64,000 bases of DNA, taken from NCBI GenBank assembly GCA_035499915.1, contig DATJXU010000004.1, forward strand, positions 1,398 through 65,397, given 5' to 3'. This document shows, piece after piece, positions 18,378 through 28,674 of the stretch; position 1 is the first letter of the stretch, and each line of letters begins with the position of its first letter. The stretch is from Acidocella sp. (lineage in GTDB: Bacteria; Pseudomonadota; Alphaproteobacteria; Acetobacterales; Acetobacteraceae). The notes under the pieces were generated by a model. That model was not told the DNA's origin. It searched no databases and saw only the letters and a list, made by a program, of their open reading frames with translations. The translations under genes and the position numbers were made by a program.

Positions 18378-18878
18378 ATGAAAATCAAAGCATTGGGCGC
18401 TCTTGCTGGCCTGGCCCTGCTGGCAGCTTGCTCCTCCAACCCCACCAGCACCGCCTCCAACACCGGTACTGGCGCTGAGGCGGCCACCGGCCCGGCTCCG
18501 GGTTCCGAGCAGGACCTGGTTGCCAATGTCGGCGACCGCGTGTTCTACGACTTCAACAAGTCCAGCCTGTCCAGCGACGCCGACGCGACCCTGGGCAAGC
18601 AGGCCGCTTGGCTCGCCAAGTATCCTTCCGTGAACGTGCAGGTGGCCGGTAATGCCGACGAGCGCGGCACCGAGACCTACAACCTGGCCCTCGGTCAGCG
18701 CCGCGCCAACGCCGCGCGCGACTACCTGGTTGCCCAGGGCGTGGCCTCCTCGCGCATCCAGACCATCTCCTATGGCAAGGATTGCCCGGTTGCCGCTGGC
18801 AATGACGATTCTGCCTACCAGCAGAACCGTAACGCGATCACCTCGGTTCAGGGCTTCAACCCGCAGAACTGCAAGTAA
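18378..18878 (+). CDS. pal: Peptidoglycan-associated lipoprotein (OmpA-like domain)
   Basis: Lipobox LAAC, VGDRVFYDF, ADERGT..YNLALGQRRA and ISYGK. Confidence 0.93.
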   Translation: MKIKALGALAGLALLAACSSNPTSTASNTGTGAEAATGPAPGSEQDLVANVGDRVFYDFNKSSLSSDADATLGKQAAWLAKYPSVNVQVAGNADERGTETYNLALGQRRANAARDYLVAQGVASSRIQTISYGKDCPVAAGNDDSAYQQNRNAITSVQGFNPQNCK

Positions 18879-18917
18879 TCGGAATCTCTCCCCGGCCCTG
18901 AAGCCGGTGTGTACTGC

Positions 18918-18952
18918 AAACCGGCGGCCCGCAAGGCCGCCGGTTTTGTTTT
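18918..18952 (+). terminator. Rho-independent terminator after pal
   Basis: CCGGCGGCC-CGCAA-GGCCGCCGG followed by TTTTGTTTT. Confidence 0.8.
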
Positions 18953-19005
18953 GAGTCTTTCCGCGTCTATATTTGTCCGTATCCTAGGCCCTGACTGGAG
19001 TCTCA

Positions 19006-19875
19006 ATGCGCTACCGAATTCCGCTCCTTGCCGCCACGCTGCTGATGCCGTTGGCGGCCTCTGCCCAGCCGCTGATCCAGAGCCAGGAGGGCATCGCCCT
19101 GCAGAACGAGATCTTGCAGATGCAGCAGCAGCTCCAGCAGCTTCAGGGCCAGGGCGGCAATGGCGGGTCCTCGCTGGGTGGCAATGCGGCCCCCCCGCCA
19201 TCCTCCGGCGGCTCGGGCGACAATTCGCTGGTGGCGAACCTGCTGAATCAGGTTCAGCAGCTGCAAAGCCAGGTGCAGGTGCTCAATGGCCAGGTCTCCC
19301 AGCTGCAGCACCAGGTGGACACGCAACACGACCAGACCGAGAAAGAGATCGGCGATCTTAAATTCCAGATGACCGGCGGTGCCGGCGCGCCCGCGCCGGG
19401 GGCTGGCGCCGGTGCGCCATCTGCCCCGCCCGCCGCCGCTGCGCCGCAGACCCTTGCGCCCGCCGCGCCGCCGCTTGCCGCAGCCGCGCCGAACGACCCG
19501 AAAGCCGCGCTGAAGGCGGCAATCGACGCGTATGGCAAGCATGATTACACGACCGCCGCCTCCATCGCGAAGGGGATCGTGGCCGATAACAGGTCGGCGC
19601 CGGAGGCCTACCGGGCGCAATATCTCGTGGCGCAGGCCTATGCCGCCAAGGGCGACCCGCAGAATGCCGCGATCAATTTCGACGCGACCTACAACATGAA
19701 CCGCAATGGCACCTACGCGCCGCGCGCCTTGCTGGGGCTGGCCTCCTCGCTGGCCGCGATCAACCAGAACGAGGCGGCGTGTGACACGATCTCCTCCCTG
19801 AACAGCCAGTTCACCAATCCCTCCGCCGGGATGAAGAGCGACATCGCCGCGGTCTCCAAACGCGCGCATTGCTAG
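19006..19875 (+). CDS. cpoB: Tol-Pal system coordinator (YbgF/CpoB)
   Basis: Signal peptide, Gln-rich coiled coil and C-terminal TPR with the AC...C pair. Lies between pal and tilS. Confidence 0.8.
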   Translation: MRYRIPLLAATLLMPLAASAQPLIQSQEGIALQNEILQMQQQLQQLQGQGGNGGSSLGGNAAPPPSSGGSGDNSLVANLLNQVQQLQSQVQVLNGQVSQLQHQVDTQHDQTEKEIGDLKFQMTGGAGAPAPGAGAGAPSAPPAAAAPQTLAPAAPPLAAAAPNDPKAALKAAIDAYGKHDYTTAASIAKGIVADNRSAPEAYRAQYLVAQAYAAKGDPQNAAINFDATYNMNRNGTYAPRALLGLASSLAAINQNEAACDTISSLNSQFTNPSAGMKSDIAAVSKRAHC

Positions 19876-21023
19876 TCAACGCGGCCTTCGCGGCGGCGCT
19901 GGCGCGGCTGCTGCCGCCCGGCTTGCCGCCGCGTCTGGCCGTGGGTGTCTCCGGTGGCGCAGACAGCACGGCGCTGGCGCTTCTGGCGCATGAATATTGT
20001 GTGCCGCGCGGCGGGGCGGTGCTGGCTCTGATCGTCGATCATGGTCTGCGGGCCGAATCGGGCGTGGAGGCGCGGCTGACGGCCGCCCGCTTGGCGGCAA
20101 GAGGCATTGAGAGCAGGGTTCTCCCCCTTGGCCTGCCTCCAGGCCCGGCCATGCAGGAGCGTGCCCGCCTGGCCCGGCATGAGGCGCTGGCGCAAGCGGG
20201 TGCTGCGGCCGGGTTTCTGCATCTTGCCCTGGGCCATCATCTGGCCGACCAGCGCGAGACCGTGGCGATGCGCGCCCGGCGCGGCCCCGGCGGGGCGGAG
20301 GGCATGGCCGCCTGGCGTGCGCGCAACGAGATCGTCCTGCTTCGCCCGCTGCTCGATATACCGCCCGCCGCGCTGCGGGAGTTTTTGCGTGGACAAGGCA
20401 TGGAATGGGTCGAGGACCCCTCCAACAAGGCGCAAAAATTCGAGCGTGTGCGCATCCGTATGGAAGGCGAGGGGCTGGCGCCTTCAGGTGCGGTAGAACG
20501 TGCGGCGCGCGAGCGGGAGGTCGCCGCTTTTCTCGCCCGCCATGCGCGTCTCTACCCGGAAGGCTACGCCGTGCTGGATTGTGGTGCGGTGCCTCCGGCA
20601 GCTCTGGGCGTGCTGATCAGGACCATTGGCGGGCGGCTCTATGCGCCGCGCCAGGAGGCGCTGTTGCGTCTGGCGGCGCAGCTGCGCCCGGCGACGCTGG
20701 GGGGCGTGCGGATTGCCCAGGCCGGGCGGCTGGGCCCCGGCTGGCTGCTGGCACGCGAGCCCGCCGCCTGCGCTGCGCCCATACCGGCAACCAGCCATGC
20801 GCTATGGGACAGACGCTTCACCCTTGCAACGCCGCCGTCCGGTGGCATGAGCTTCGGCGCGCTGGGGCGCGAGGCGGCTGCTTTTCATGGCTTAAACGGC
20901 CTGCCCAGCCTGGTGCTGCGCACCATGCCCGCCTTGCGGGACGCGCGGGGCGCCCTGGTTTTTCCGGCCCCCGCGCGCTTCACGCCGCCCATGCCGGCCA
21001 CGGCGCGGCCCTTCCAGCCTTGA
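19869..21023 (+). CDS. tilS: tRNA(Ile)-lysidine synthase
   Basis: VSGGADS PP-loop, VDHGLR, GHHLADQRET, LRPLL and EDPSN. Upstream of ftsH. Confidence 0.92.
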   Translation: MLVNAAFAAALARLLPPGLPPRLAVGVSGGADSTALALLAHEYCVPRGGAVLALIVDHGLRAESGVEARLTAARLAARGIESRVLPLGLPPGPAMQERARLARHEALAQAGAAAGFLHLALGHHLADQRETVAMRARRGPGGAEGMAAWRARNEIVLLRPLLDIPPAALREFLRGQGMEWVEDPSNKAQKFERVRIRMEGEGLAPSGAVERAAREREVAAFLARHARLYPEGYAVLDCGAVPPAALGVLIRTIGGRLYAPRQEALLRLAAQLRPATLGGVRIAQAGRLGPGWLLAREPAACAAPIPATSHALWDRRFTLATPPSGGMSFGALGREAAAFHGLNGLPSLVLRTMPALRDARGALVFPAPARFTPPMPATARPFQP

Positions 21024-21148
21024 ATTTACCCAGGATTTATTTGTGCTGGGCTAGGAATTCGGTGCAGTATGCTCAAGTGAGCTCAAGGAAAGCCTCCGTG
21101 CCTCGTGCAGGGCGGGGGAACCGACTGAAAGAATTGGAAAAAGTCTAG

Positions 21149-23065
21149 ATGAATAATCTGGGTCGAAATATCGCGCTATGGGTTGTCGTGGCCCTGTTTC
21201 TGGTTGTGCTGTTTAATGTCTTCCAGCCTTCCAGCACGCAGAGCGACTCATCCGAGATCGCCTATTCCAGCTTCCTGGATGAGGTGAAGAACAACCAGGT
21301 GCAGAGCGTCACCATCGCCGGGCACGACATCACCGGCGCCACCAAGGATGGCAAGAGCTTCGAAACCTACGCCCCGGCGGACCAGACGCTGGTCTCCAAG
21401 CTGACGGATGCGGGGGTGAGTGTCTCCGCCAAGCCGGAAGGCGATACGATGAACCCGCTGCTGCGCGTATTGCTCAACTGGGCGCCGATGCTGCTGATTT
21501 TGGGGGTGTGGATTTTCTTCATGCGCCAGATGCAGTCCGGTGGCGGCCGCGCCATGGGCTTTGGCAAGTCCCGCGCCCGGCTGCTGACCGAGAAGCAAGG
21601 CCGCGTGACCTTTGAGGACGTCGCCGGGATCGACGAGGCCAAGGGCGAGTTGCAGGAGATCGTGGATTTCCTGCGCGATCCGCAGAAATTCCAGCGCCTG
21701 GGCGGCAAGATACCCAAAGGCTGTTTGCTGGTCGGCCCGCCCGGCACGGGTAAGACGCTGCTGGCCCGCGCCATCGCGGGTGAGGCGAACGTGCCCTTCT
21801 TCACCATCTCGGGCTCCGACTTTGTCGAGATGTTTGTGGGTGTCGGCGCGTCGCGCGTGCGTGACATGTTCGAGCAGGGCAAGAAGAACGCGCCCTGCAT
21901 CATCTTCATCGATGAGATTGACGCCGTTGGCCGGCATCGCGGTGCGGGGCTTGGCGGCGGCAATGACGAGCGCGAGCAGACCCTGAACCAGATGCTGGTG
22001 GAGATGGACGGGTTCGAGTCCAATGAGGGCGTGATCCTGATCGCCGCCACCAACCGGCCGGATGTTCTGGACCCGGCCCTGCTGCGCCCTGGCCGGTTCG
22101 ACCGGCAGGTGGTGGTGCCCAACCCGGATGTGATGGGCCGCGAGAAGATCTTGAAGGTGCATATGCGCAAGGTGCCCCTGGCGTCCGACGTGGATGCCAA
22201 GACCATTGCGCGCGGCACGCCGGGCTTCTCCGGCGCGGACCTCGCCAATCTGGTGAACGAGGCGGCGCTGCTCGCCGCGCGCATCGGCAAGCGCGTGGTC
22301 GCCATGGCGGAGTTCGAGCACGCCAAGGACAAGGTGATGATGGGGGCGGAGCGCCGTTCGCTCGTCATGTCCGACGACGAGAAAAAAATGACCGCCTATC
22401 ACGAGGGCGGGCATGCCATTTGCTCCATAACCCTGCCGGAATGCGACCCGGTGCATAAGGCCACCATCATCCCGCGCGGCCGCGCGCTGGGCATGGTGAT
22501 GTCCCTGCCGGAGGGCGACCGCTACTCCATGAGCAAGCTCAAGCTGCTGCAGCAGCTGATCATGGCCATGGGCGGGCGCGCGGCGGAGGAGCTGGTGTTC
22601 GGGCCGGACAAGGTTTCCAACGGCGCCTCCGGCGACATCAAGATGGCCACCGACACCACCCGCCGCATGGTCACGGAATGGGGCATGTCCGAGAAACTCG
22701 GCATGGTCTCCTATGTGGATAGCGGGCAGGAGGTGTTTCTGGGCCACTCGATGGGCGGGGCGAAGAATGTCTCCGAGGCTACGGCGCGGGAAATCGACGA
22801 TGAGGTGCGCCGCATCATCGACCACGCCTATGCCGAGGCCAAGCGCATCCTGACCGAGCGGCGGGCGGATCTGGAGAGTCTGGCGCAGGGGCTGCTGGAA
22901 TACGAGACGCTGTCGGGCGATGAGATCCAGCAGGTGCTGCGCGGTGAGAAGATCATCCGCAAGGTGGTTGATGAACCGATGCAGGATAGCAATCGCCGTG
23001 GCTCCGTGCCGACGGCGACACCCAAGCCGGATCTTCCCGGCGGGCTGGGGTCGGTTCCGGCGTAA
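21149..23065 (+). CDS. ftsH: ATP-dependent zinc metalloprotease FtsH
   Basis: [23 protein letters not shown] and AYHEGGH. Confidence 0.99.
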   Translation: MNNLGRNIALWVVVALFLVVLFNVFQPSSTQSDSSEIAYSSFLDEVKNNQVQSVTIAGHDITGATKDGKSFETYAPADQTLVSKLTDAGVSVSAKPEGDTMNPLLRVLLNWAPMLLILGVWIFFMRQMQSGGGRAMGFGKSRARLLTEKQGRVTFEDVAGIDEAKGELQEIVDFLRDPQKFQRLGGKIPKGCLLVGPPGTGKTLLARAIAGEANVPFFTISGSDFVEMFVGVGASRVRDMFEQGKKNAPCIIFIDEIDAVGRHRGAGLGGGNDEREQTLNQMLVEMDGFESNEGVILIAATNRPDVLDPALLRPGRFDRQVVVPNPDVMGREKILKVHMRKVPLASDVDAKTIARGTPGFSGADLANLVNEAALLAARIGKRVVAMAEFEHAKDKVMMGAERRSLVMSDDEKKMTAYHEGGHAICSITLPECDPVHKATIIPRGRALGMVMSLPEGDRYSMSKLKLLQQLIMAMGGRAAEELVFGPDKVSNGASGDIKMATDTTRRMVTEWGMSEKLGMVSYVDSGQEVFLGHSMGGAKNVSEATAREIDDEVRRIIDHAYAEAKRILTERRADLESLAQGLLEYETLSGDEIQQVLRGEKIIRKVVDEPMQDSNRRGSVPTATPKPDLPGGLGSVPA

Positions 23066-23075
23066 AGGCTGGATG

Positions 23076-23103
23076 AAAAAAGGGGGCGCAAGCCCCCTTT
23101 TTT
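23076..23103. terminator. Bidirectional terminator between ftsH and panB
   Basis: AAAAAAGGGGGC-GCAA-GCCCCCTTTTTT. Confidence 0.9.
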
Positions 23104-23117
23104 ATTGCCCTGTCAGT

Positions 23118-23894
23118 TTACGCCGGGAAGGCGCCTTCGCGCACCTCGCGCGCATAGGCGGCGAGGGCGCCGGTGACGAGCCCCGCGCCATCCAGGTATT
23201 TTTTGGCGAAAGGCGGGGCGCGGTCCGGGTTCAGGCCCAGAACGTCATGGAACACCAGCACCTGCGCATCCGTGCCGGCGCCAGCGCCGATGCCGATGGT
23301 GGGGATGGGCAGGCGGGCGGTGATCTCCGCCGCCAGTTCGGAGGGAATGGCCTCCATCAGCAGCATGCGCGCCCCGGCAGCGGCCAGCGCCAACGCGTCC
23401 TCGATGAGCTGCGCAGCCGCCTCGGGCGTTTTGCCCTGGCGCTTGAAGCCGCCGATCTGGTGCACATGCTGGGGCGTCAGCCCGATATGGGCGCAGACCG
23501 GCGTGGCGCGCTTGGAGAGAAAGGCCACCGTCTCCACCATCGGCGCGCCGCCTTCCAGCTTCACGATCTGCGCGCCGGCCTTCAGCAGCCGGGCGGAGGC
23601 GGCAAAGGCCTGGGCCGGGGATTCCTCGAAGCTGCCGAAGGGCAGATCGGCCATGATCAGCGGCTTGGTGACGGCTTTGGCGACGATGGCGGTGTGGTAT
23701 TCCATCTGTTCCAGGCTGACGCGCAGCGTATTGGCCTCGCCCGCCACCATCATACCCAGAGAATCGCCAATGAGCAGCGCATCCAGCCCCGCCGCCTCGG
23801 CCAGCCGGGCGGCGGTGTTGTCGTAGGCGGTGATCATGCTCATCTTCCGCCCTTCGCGCTTGGCTTTGTCCCAGGCGCTAAGCGTTCTACTCAT
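23118..23894 (-). CDS. panB: 3-methyl-2-oxobutanoate hydroxymethyltransferase
   Basis: ITAYD, LIGDSLGM, ADLPF, VKLEGG, HIGLTPQ and TIGIGAG. Confidence 0.97.
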   Translation of the reverse strand: MSRTLSAWDKAKREGRKMSMITAYDNTAARLAEAAGLDALLIGDSLGMMVAGEANTLRVSLEQMEYHTAIVAKAVTKPLIMADLPFGSFEESPAQAFAASARLLKAGAQIVKLEGGAPMVETVAFLSKRATPVCAHIGLTPQHVHQIGGFKRQGKTPEAAAQLIEDALALAAAGARMLLMEAIPSELAAEITARLPIPTIGIGAGAGTDAQVLVFHDVLGLNPDRAPPFAKKYLDGAGLVTGALAAYAREVREGAFPA

Positions 23895-24366
23895 TCTTTT
23901 CGTCTCCTACGGCTTTTTCCAGTAATTCCAGGGCGAACGCCACGGCCTGGGCGCGAATCTCGCCCCGGTCTCCGTGGAACAGCCTGTGATGCGCGATGGT
24001 CCCGGCAGGCCCGGCCAGGCCGAACCAGACCGTGCCGACCGGCTTTTCCGCGCTGCCGCCTTCAGGCCCGGCGATGCCGGTGGTGGAGACGGCATAATCC
24101 ACGCCCGCTTTGGCCCGCGCACCTTCCGCCATGGCCCGTGCCACTTGTGGCGACACCGCGCCATGCGCCGCCAGCATCGCCTCCTTTACGCCCAGCATCT
24201 GGGTTTTCGCCTCATCGGCATAGGTGACGAAGCCGTGGGTGAAGATTGCGGACGATCCGGCAATGGCGGTGACAGCCCCGGCCACCAGCCCGCCGGTGCA
24301 GCTCTCCGCCGTGGCGAGTTTCAGGCCGTTGGCCTTGTAGCGTGCAACGAGCCGGGCCGCGTTCAT
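23887..24366 (-). CDS. pncC: CinA/PncC family nicotinamide-nucleotide amidase
   Basis: AESCTGG, HGAVS and TGIAGP.GG...KPVGTV. Confidence 0.9.
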   Translation of the reverse strand: MNAARLVARYKANGLKLATAESCTGGLVAGAVTAIAGSSAIFTHGFVTYADEAKTQMLGVKEAMLAAHGAVSPQVARAMAEGARAKAGVDYAVSTTGIAGPEGGSAEKPVGTVWFGLAGPAGTIAHHRLFHGDRGEIRAQAVAFALELLEKAVGDEKNE

Positions 24367-24824
24367 AGCGGCGAGACCAGATGCAGGGCCAGCATCACCA
24401 GCCAGGCCATCAGCCCGGCGATGATGTCGTCGCCCATGATGCCATATTCATCCTTGCGCCTGTCCGCCCAGGCGACGGGCCCGGGTTTCCAGATATCGAA
24501 CAGCCGGAACAGGGCGAAGGAGAGCAGCGCGCCCCAGACGCTGAACGCATAGAGGGCGAGAAGCGGGATCATCTGCCCGGCGATCTCGTCGATGACGATC
24601 CAGCCCGGGTCTTCACCGGCTTCCGGCAGGCGCCCAATGGCGTAGATGCCAACCGCAATGGCCACCACGATGCCCGCCAGCAGCGCCAGATGGCCTGCCA
24701 GCAGCAGCAGGCAGCCAATGACCAGCCCGGCCAGCGAGCCGAACGTGCCCGGGGCCTTCGGCGCCAGGCCGGAGCCGAAGCCAGAGGCGATGAAGCGCCA
24801 GAGAGTCACGGCTGGTTGAGCCAT
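24363..24824 (-). CDS. pgpA: Phosphatidylglycerophosphatase A
   Basis: APGTFGSL, DPGWIVIDE, FRLFDIWKP and GDDIIAG. Confidence 0.93.
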   Translation of the reverse strand: MAQPAVTLWRFIASGFGSGLAPKAPGTFGSLAGLVIGCLLLLAGHLALLAGIVVAIAVGIYAIGRLPEAGEDPGWIVIDEIAGQMIPLLALYAFSVWGALLSFALFRLFDIWKPGPVAWADRRKDEYGIMGDDIIAGLMAWLVMLALHLVSPL

Positions 24825-26398
24825 TTCGCCACCGGCGATTCGGCGGCGCCGGTGAGCAGGGCGCTGTAGATGGTGATGTTCTCGGAGACGCGCTGCACGT
24901 AATTGCGTGTCTCGCTGAAGGGGATCTCTTCGATCCAGTCGATCATATTGGCCCCGCCCGGCTGGGGGCCCAGCTCCGGGTCGCCATTCTCGGAGAGCCA
25001 GTTGGCCACGTTGGTCGGCCCGGCATTATAGGCGGCGATGGCCAGCGGCAGGCAGTCGCCGAAATTATTGGTCTCCTGCGACAGATAGGCGGAGCCTAGC
25101 GCCATGTTCTGGTCCGGGTCGAACAGGTCGCTGGCCGGCAGCCCGTATTTTTCCCCCGTGCGCCGGGCGGTGGAGGGAAGCAACTGCATCAGCCCCACCG
25201 CCCCGGCGCCGGAGACCACGGTTGGGTTGAAGCTGCTTTCCTGGCGCATGATGCCGAGTGAGACCGCAGGGTCCAGAATCGCGGCGGGCGGGGGGTAGGG
25301 AATGGGCCAGCCCTCGCGCAGCAGCATCTGGCCGGAAATGCCGGCGAGGCGCGCGATGGCCACCGCCGATTGCGGAAAGCCCAGCCCCAGAGCCAGCCGC
25401 GCCGCCATCAGGCGGGATTTGTTGTCCAGCGCCGTTTGGCCAATGCGGTTGAGGAAGATAACGGCATCATGCGTATCGCCCATCTGCACCAGCAGCACGG
25501 CGGCGCGGGGCAGTTCGCCCAGGCCGAAATCCAGGACATCCTGCATCGAAAAGCCGGGCTCCGGCACGGCTTTGATACGCGCCGCCAGTTGCTGCGGCGA
25601 GTCGCCCAGCGCCAGGGCGGCGAGCTGGCCGTAGAAGGTGGTGGGGTAGGCGGCGGCGCGGGCGTAATCCTGCGTCGCCGCATCGCCGGTTTCGCTGCGC
25701 CCCAGCCAGTAATAGGCGCGGGCCTGGGTGATGACGGCGGTGGAGGAGGCGGCGAGATCCTTGAACCAGGTTGCGGCCTCCTGCGGTTGTTTCAGGAAGC
25801 GCAGCAGCAGGAAACCGGCGAAAAAATCCCGGTCGGCGATCTGCTCGCGCGCGGTGGAGCCGGCAATGGGCGGGGCGACCGAGATGACGACCTGATAGGC
25901 GTTTTTGGCGTCGCCCTCCTGCAGCAAGGCGCGGGCCAGTGTGTTCTGCGCGGGCCAGAACAGAAGCTGCTGGTCCGGGTCGGCGCCTGCCATCGCGGCC
26001 TTGCCCTGGCTTTCCCAGAGCTGCGCGGCCTGGGCATCCTGGCCGGCGCTGTGCAGCGCCTGTGCCTGGGTGATGAAGGCGGGGGTAATGGTCGGCACGG
26101 GGGGCTGGTAGAGGCCGGAAGCCTGGGACTCGCGCAACGCCAGCAGCCCCTGCATCGGCCAGTCGGGATTGGCGTTGATGAAGGCCTGGATCTCATCCGC
26201 GCTGCCGCCGCCGGGATTGGTAAGGCGGAAGAAGGTGACGAGCTTTTCCACCAGCGGGTCGCCGGTGGCGCTGGCCAGCTGCGCGGCCTGGGAAAATTGG
26301 CCGGCCTGCACGTCCGTCATGATCTGCGGACTGGCGGCATTTTGCGCCAATGCGGTGGCGGGTAGCAGGAGCAGTGGCAAGGCGGCCAGGAACTTCAT
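24806..26398 (-). CDS. Soluble lytic murein transglycosylase (Slt family)
   Basis: Signal peptide, RQESSF, GAVGLMQL, AAYNAG and IPFSETRNYV. Confidence 0.92.
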   Translation of the reverse strand: MKFLAALPLLLLPATALAQNAASPQIMTDVQAGQFSQAAQLASATGDPLVEKLVTFFRLTNPGGGSADEIQAFINANPDWPMQGLLALRESQASGLYQPPVPTITPAFITQAQALHSAGQDAQAAQLWESQGKAAMAGADPDQQLLFWPAQNTLARALLQEGDAKNAYQVVISVAPPIAGSTAREQIADRDFFAGFLLLRFLKQPQEAATWFKDLAASSTAVITQARAYYWLGRSETGDAATQDYARAAAYPTTFYGQLAALALGDSPQQLAARIKAVPEPGFSMQDVLDFGLGELPRAAVLLVQMGDTHDAVIFLNRIGQTALDNKSRLMAARLALGLGFPQSAVAIARLAGISGQMLLREGWPIPYPPPAAILDPAVSLGIMRQESSFNPTVVSGAGAVGLMQLLPSTARRTGEKYGLPASDLFDPDQNMALGSAYLSQETNNFGDCLPLAIAAYNAGPTNVANWLSENGDPELGPQPGGANMIDWIEEIPFSETRNYVQRVSENITIYSALLTGAAESPVAKWLNQP

Positions 26399-26404
26399 GC
26401 GCCT

Positions 26405-26433
26405 TCTCTAGCAGCGCCGGAAGCCCGGGCCAA
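26405..26433 (-). promoter_or_regulatory. Putative promoter of slt (leaderless transcript likely)
   Basis: TTGGCC-N17-TAGAGA-N6-ATG. Confidence 0.45.
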
Positions 26434-26662
26434 ACGTCAGGATTGTTTCAAGATATAAAGGCGCGCGAGAAGCCGTTCCGGCCCGGCCTTGCCGCCCGGC
26501 TGCAGGATGAAGGCGGCGGCGATTCGAATCGTTGGCATGGCGCCAGGACAGCGCCTTGGCGTGGGATGCGCCGGGGGCAGGGGCGTGCTTTGCAAGAAAC
26601 CTTGCCGCGCCGGGCGGAGCGGACTAGGTGAATGGCCGGACCAAACGCCTCAAGGACCCGAA

Positions 26663-27541
26663 ATGTTTCACGGCTCTCTCACCGCCCTCGTGACCCCCAT
26701 GCACGAGGATGGGCGCATCGACGAAGAGGCATTCATTCGCCTCATCGACTGGCAGATCGCGGAAGGCACCAACGGCATCGTGCCGGTTGGCACCACCGGC
26801 GAATCGCCGACGCTGAGCCATGAGGAGCATAAACAGGTGGTCGAACTGGCGGTGAAGGCGGCCAAGGGCCGGATTCCGGTGATGGCCGGGGCGGGCTCCA
26901 ACGCCACCGCCGAGGCCATCGGTCTCGCCCGCCACGCCGAGACGGCCGGGGCGGATGGCGTGCTGGTGGTGACCCCTTATTACAACAAGCCGACCCAGGA
27001 AGGGCTGTACCGGCATTACAAGGCCATCGCGGACTCGGTGTCCCTGCCGGTGTTCATCTATAACATTCCCGGCCGCTCGGTCATCGACATGTCGGTGGAG
27101 ACGATGGCGCGCCTGGCCGGGATCAAGAACATCGCCGGGGTGAAGGACGCGACCGCCAACCTCGCCCGCCCGCTGCATACGCTGCGGGCCTGCGGGCCGG
27201 ATTTCATCCAGCTTTCTGGCGAGGACCATACCGCGCTCGCCTTTCTGGCCTCCGGCGGGCATGGCTGCATCTCCGTCACCGCCAATGTGGCGCCGCGGCT
27301 TTGCGCGCAGATGCAGGCGGCCTGGGCGCGCGGGGACCTGAAGACCGCCATGGAGATCCAGCAGCGCCTGGTGCCGCTGCATGATTCGATGTTCTGCGAG
27401 ACCAATCCCGGCCCGGTGAAATATGCCGCCTCGCTGCTGGGGTTTGGCACCAACCATGTGCGCCTCCCGCTGGCGCCTGTCTCGGCGGCCTCCGCCCAGA
27501 AGGTGCAGGCGGCGATGCGGGAAGTCGGTCTGCTGAATTGA
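26663..27541 (+). CDS. dapA: 4-hydroxy-tetrahydrodipicolinate synthase
   Basis: GTTGESPTL, PYYNKP, YNIPGR, GVKDA and LSGED. Start at MFHGS with AAGGA RBS. Confidence 0.97.
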   Translation: MFHGSLTALVTPMHEDGRIDEEAFIRLIDWQIAEGTNGIVPVGTTGESPTLSHEEHKQVVELAVKAAKGRIPVMAGAGSNATAEAIGLARHAETAGADGVLVVTPYYNKPTQEGLYRHYKAIADSVSLPVFIYNIPGRSVIDMSVETMARLAGIKNIAGVKDATANLARPLHTLRACGPDFIQLSGEDHTALAFLASGGHGCISVTANVAPRLCAQMQAAWARGDLKTAMEIQQRLVPLHDSMFCETNPGPVKYAASLLGFGTNHVRLPLAPVSAASAQKVQAAMREVGLLN

Positions 27542-28020
27542 GCAACGAGAAGAAAAAATCCGGCTTCATCTCCCACGGCATTGCGACGCAGAACCGCAAG
27601 GCCCGGTTCGATTACAAGATCCTCTCCACGGTGGAGGCGGGAATCGTGCTGAAAGGCGTGGAGGTGAAGTCGCTGCGGCTTGGCCGCGCCCAGCTCAATG
27701 AGGCCTGGGCGGGCGAGCGCGATGGCGAGCTGTTTCTGTTCAACCTCTATATCCCGGAATACCAGGGCGGGGTGCTGTCGCGTTTCGATGTGCGCGGGGC
27801 GCGCAAGCTGCTGGTCAAGCACAAGGAGCGCAGCCAGATTTTTGCCGCCATCTCCCGCGAGCGCCAGACCATCGTGCCGCTTGACATATTCTTCAACGAC
27901 CGCGGGCTGGCCAAGGTGACGCTGGGCATCGCCGAGGGCAAGCAGAAGGCCGATAAGCGCCATGCCGTTGCCGCGCGGGACTGGCAGCGCGACAAGGCCC
28001 GGCTGCTCAGAAGCAAGTGA
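27538..28020 (+). CDS. smpB: SsrA-binding protein
   Basis: NRKARFDY, EAGIVL.G.EVKSLR, RKLL and GKQ..DKR. Confidence 0.97.
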   Translation: MSNEKKKSGFISHGIATQNRKARFDYKILSTVEAGIVLKGVEVKSLRLGRAQLNEAWAGERDGELFLFNLYIPEYQGGVLSRFDVRGARKLLVKHKERSQIFAAISRERQTIVPLDIFFNDRGLAKVTLGIAEGKQKADKRHAVAARDWQRDKARLLRSK

Positions 28021-28029
28021 GGTCTGGGT

Positions 28030-28674
28030 TCAGGCGAGCCGCCGCCTGATCCCCGCCACGATCTCCTCGAACATCTCCTGCGTGATCCGCCCGGTATTCA
28101 CATTGTACTGGGAGGTGTGAAAACTATCGGCCAGCACCAACCCGCCCGGTAGGTCATGCAATGCGCCATGCGTGAACTTGTAGCGGCTGGGCTTGAGCTT
28201 CAGGCCTTGCAGGATGGAGTCATGCGCCTTGGCGCCGATGGCCAGCAGCACCCGCAAATTCGGCATCGCGGCGATCTCGGCGGCGAGATAGGGCAGGCAA
28301 TGGGTCTTGTCCGAGGTTTCCAGCTTGTGCTGCGGGGGCGCGCAGCGCACGGCGTTGGTGACGCGGCAATCCACCAGCTCCAGCCCGTCATCCGGCCGTT
28401 CCTGGAATGTCCCCGTGGCGAAGCCGAACTTGGTCAGCACGGGGTAGAGCAGGCGGCCCGCCACGTCGCCGGTGAAGGGGCGGCCGGTTTTGTTGGCGCC
28501 ATTAACGCCCGGCGCTTGCCCAACCACCAGCAGCCGCGCCGTGACCGGGCCGAAGCTGGGCACAGGCGCGTTGAACCAGTCCGGATGCAGGGTGCGATAT
28601 TCCTCCCTGTAGGCCACGAGACGCGGGCAAAGCCCGCAATCGCGCCCGGGCAAGGCCGTGGATTTGTTGCTCAT
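28030..28674 (-). CDS. Uracil-DNA glycosylase, Fe-S family 5 (UdgB-like)
   Basis: CxxCPRL, GxAPG..GANKTGRPFTGD, NAVRC.PP and H.S.YN.NTGR. Confidence 0.85.
   Translation of the reverse strand: MSNKSTALPGRDCGLCPRLVAYREEYRTLHPDWFNAPVPSFGPVTARLLVVGQAPGVNGANKTGRPFTGDVAGRLLYPVLTKFGFATGTFQERPDDGLELVDCRVTNAVRCAPPQHKLETSDKTHCLPYLAAEIAAMPNLRVLLAIGAKAHDSILQGLKLKPSRYKFTHGALHDLPGGLVLADSFHTSQYNVNTGRITQEMFEEIVAGIRRRLA

Noticed and set aside
27538-28029. tmRNA (ssrA) next to smpB
   Set aside because: Only 9 nt separate smpB from the UDG gene, and no tRNA-like ends are visible.
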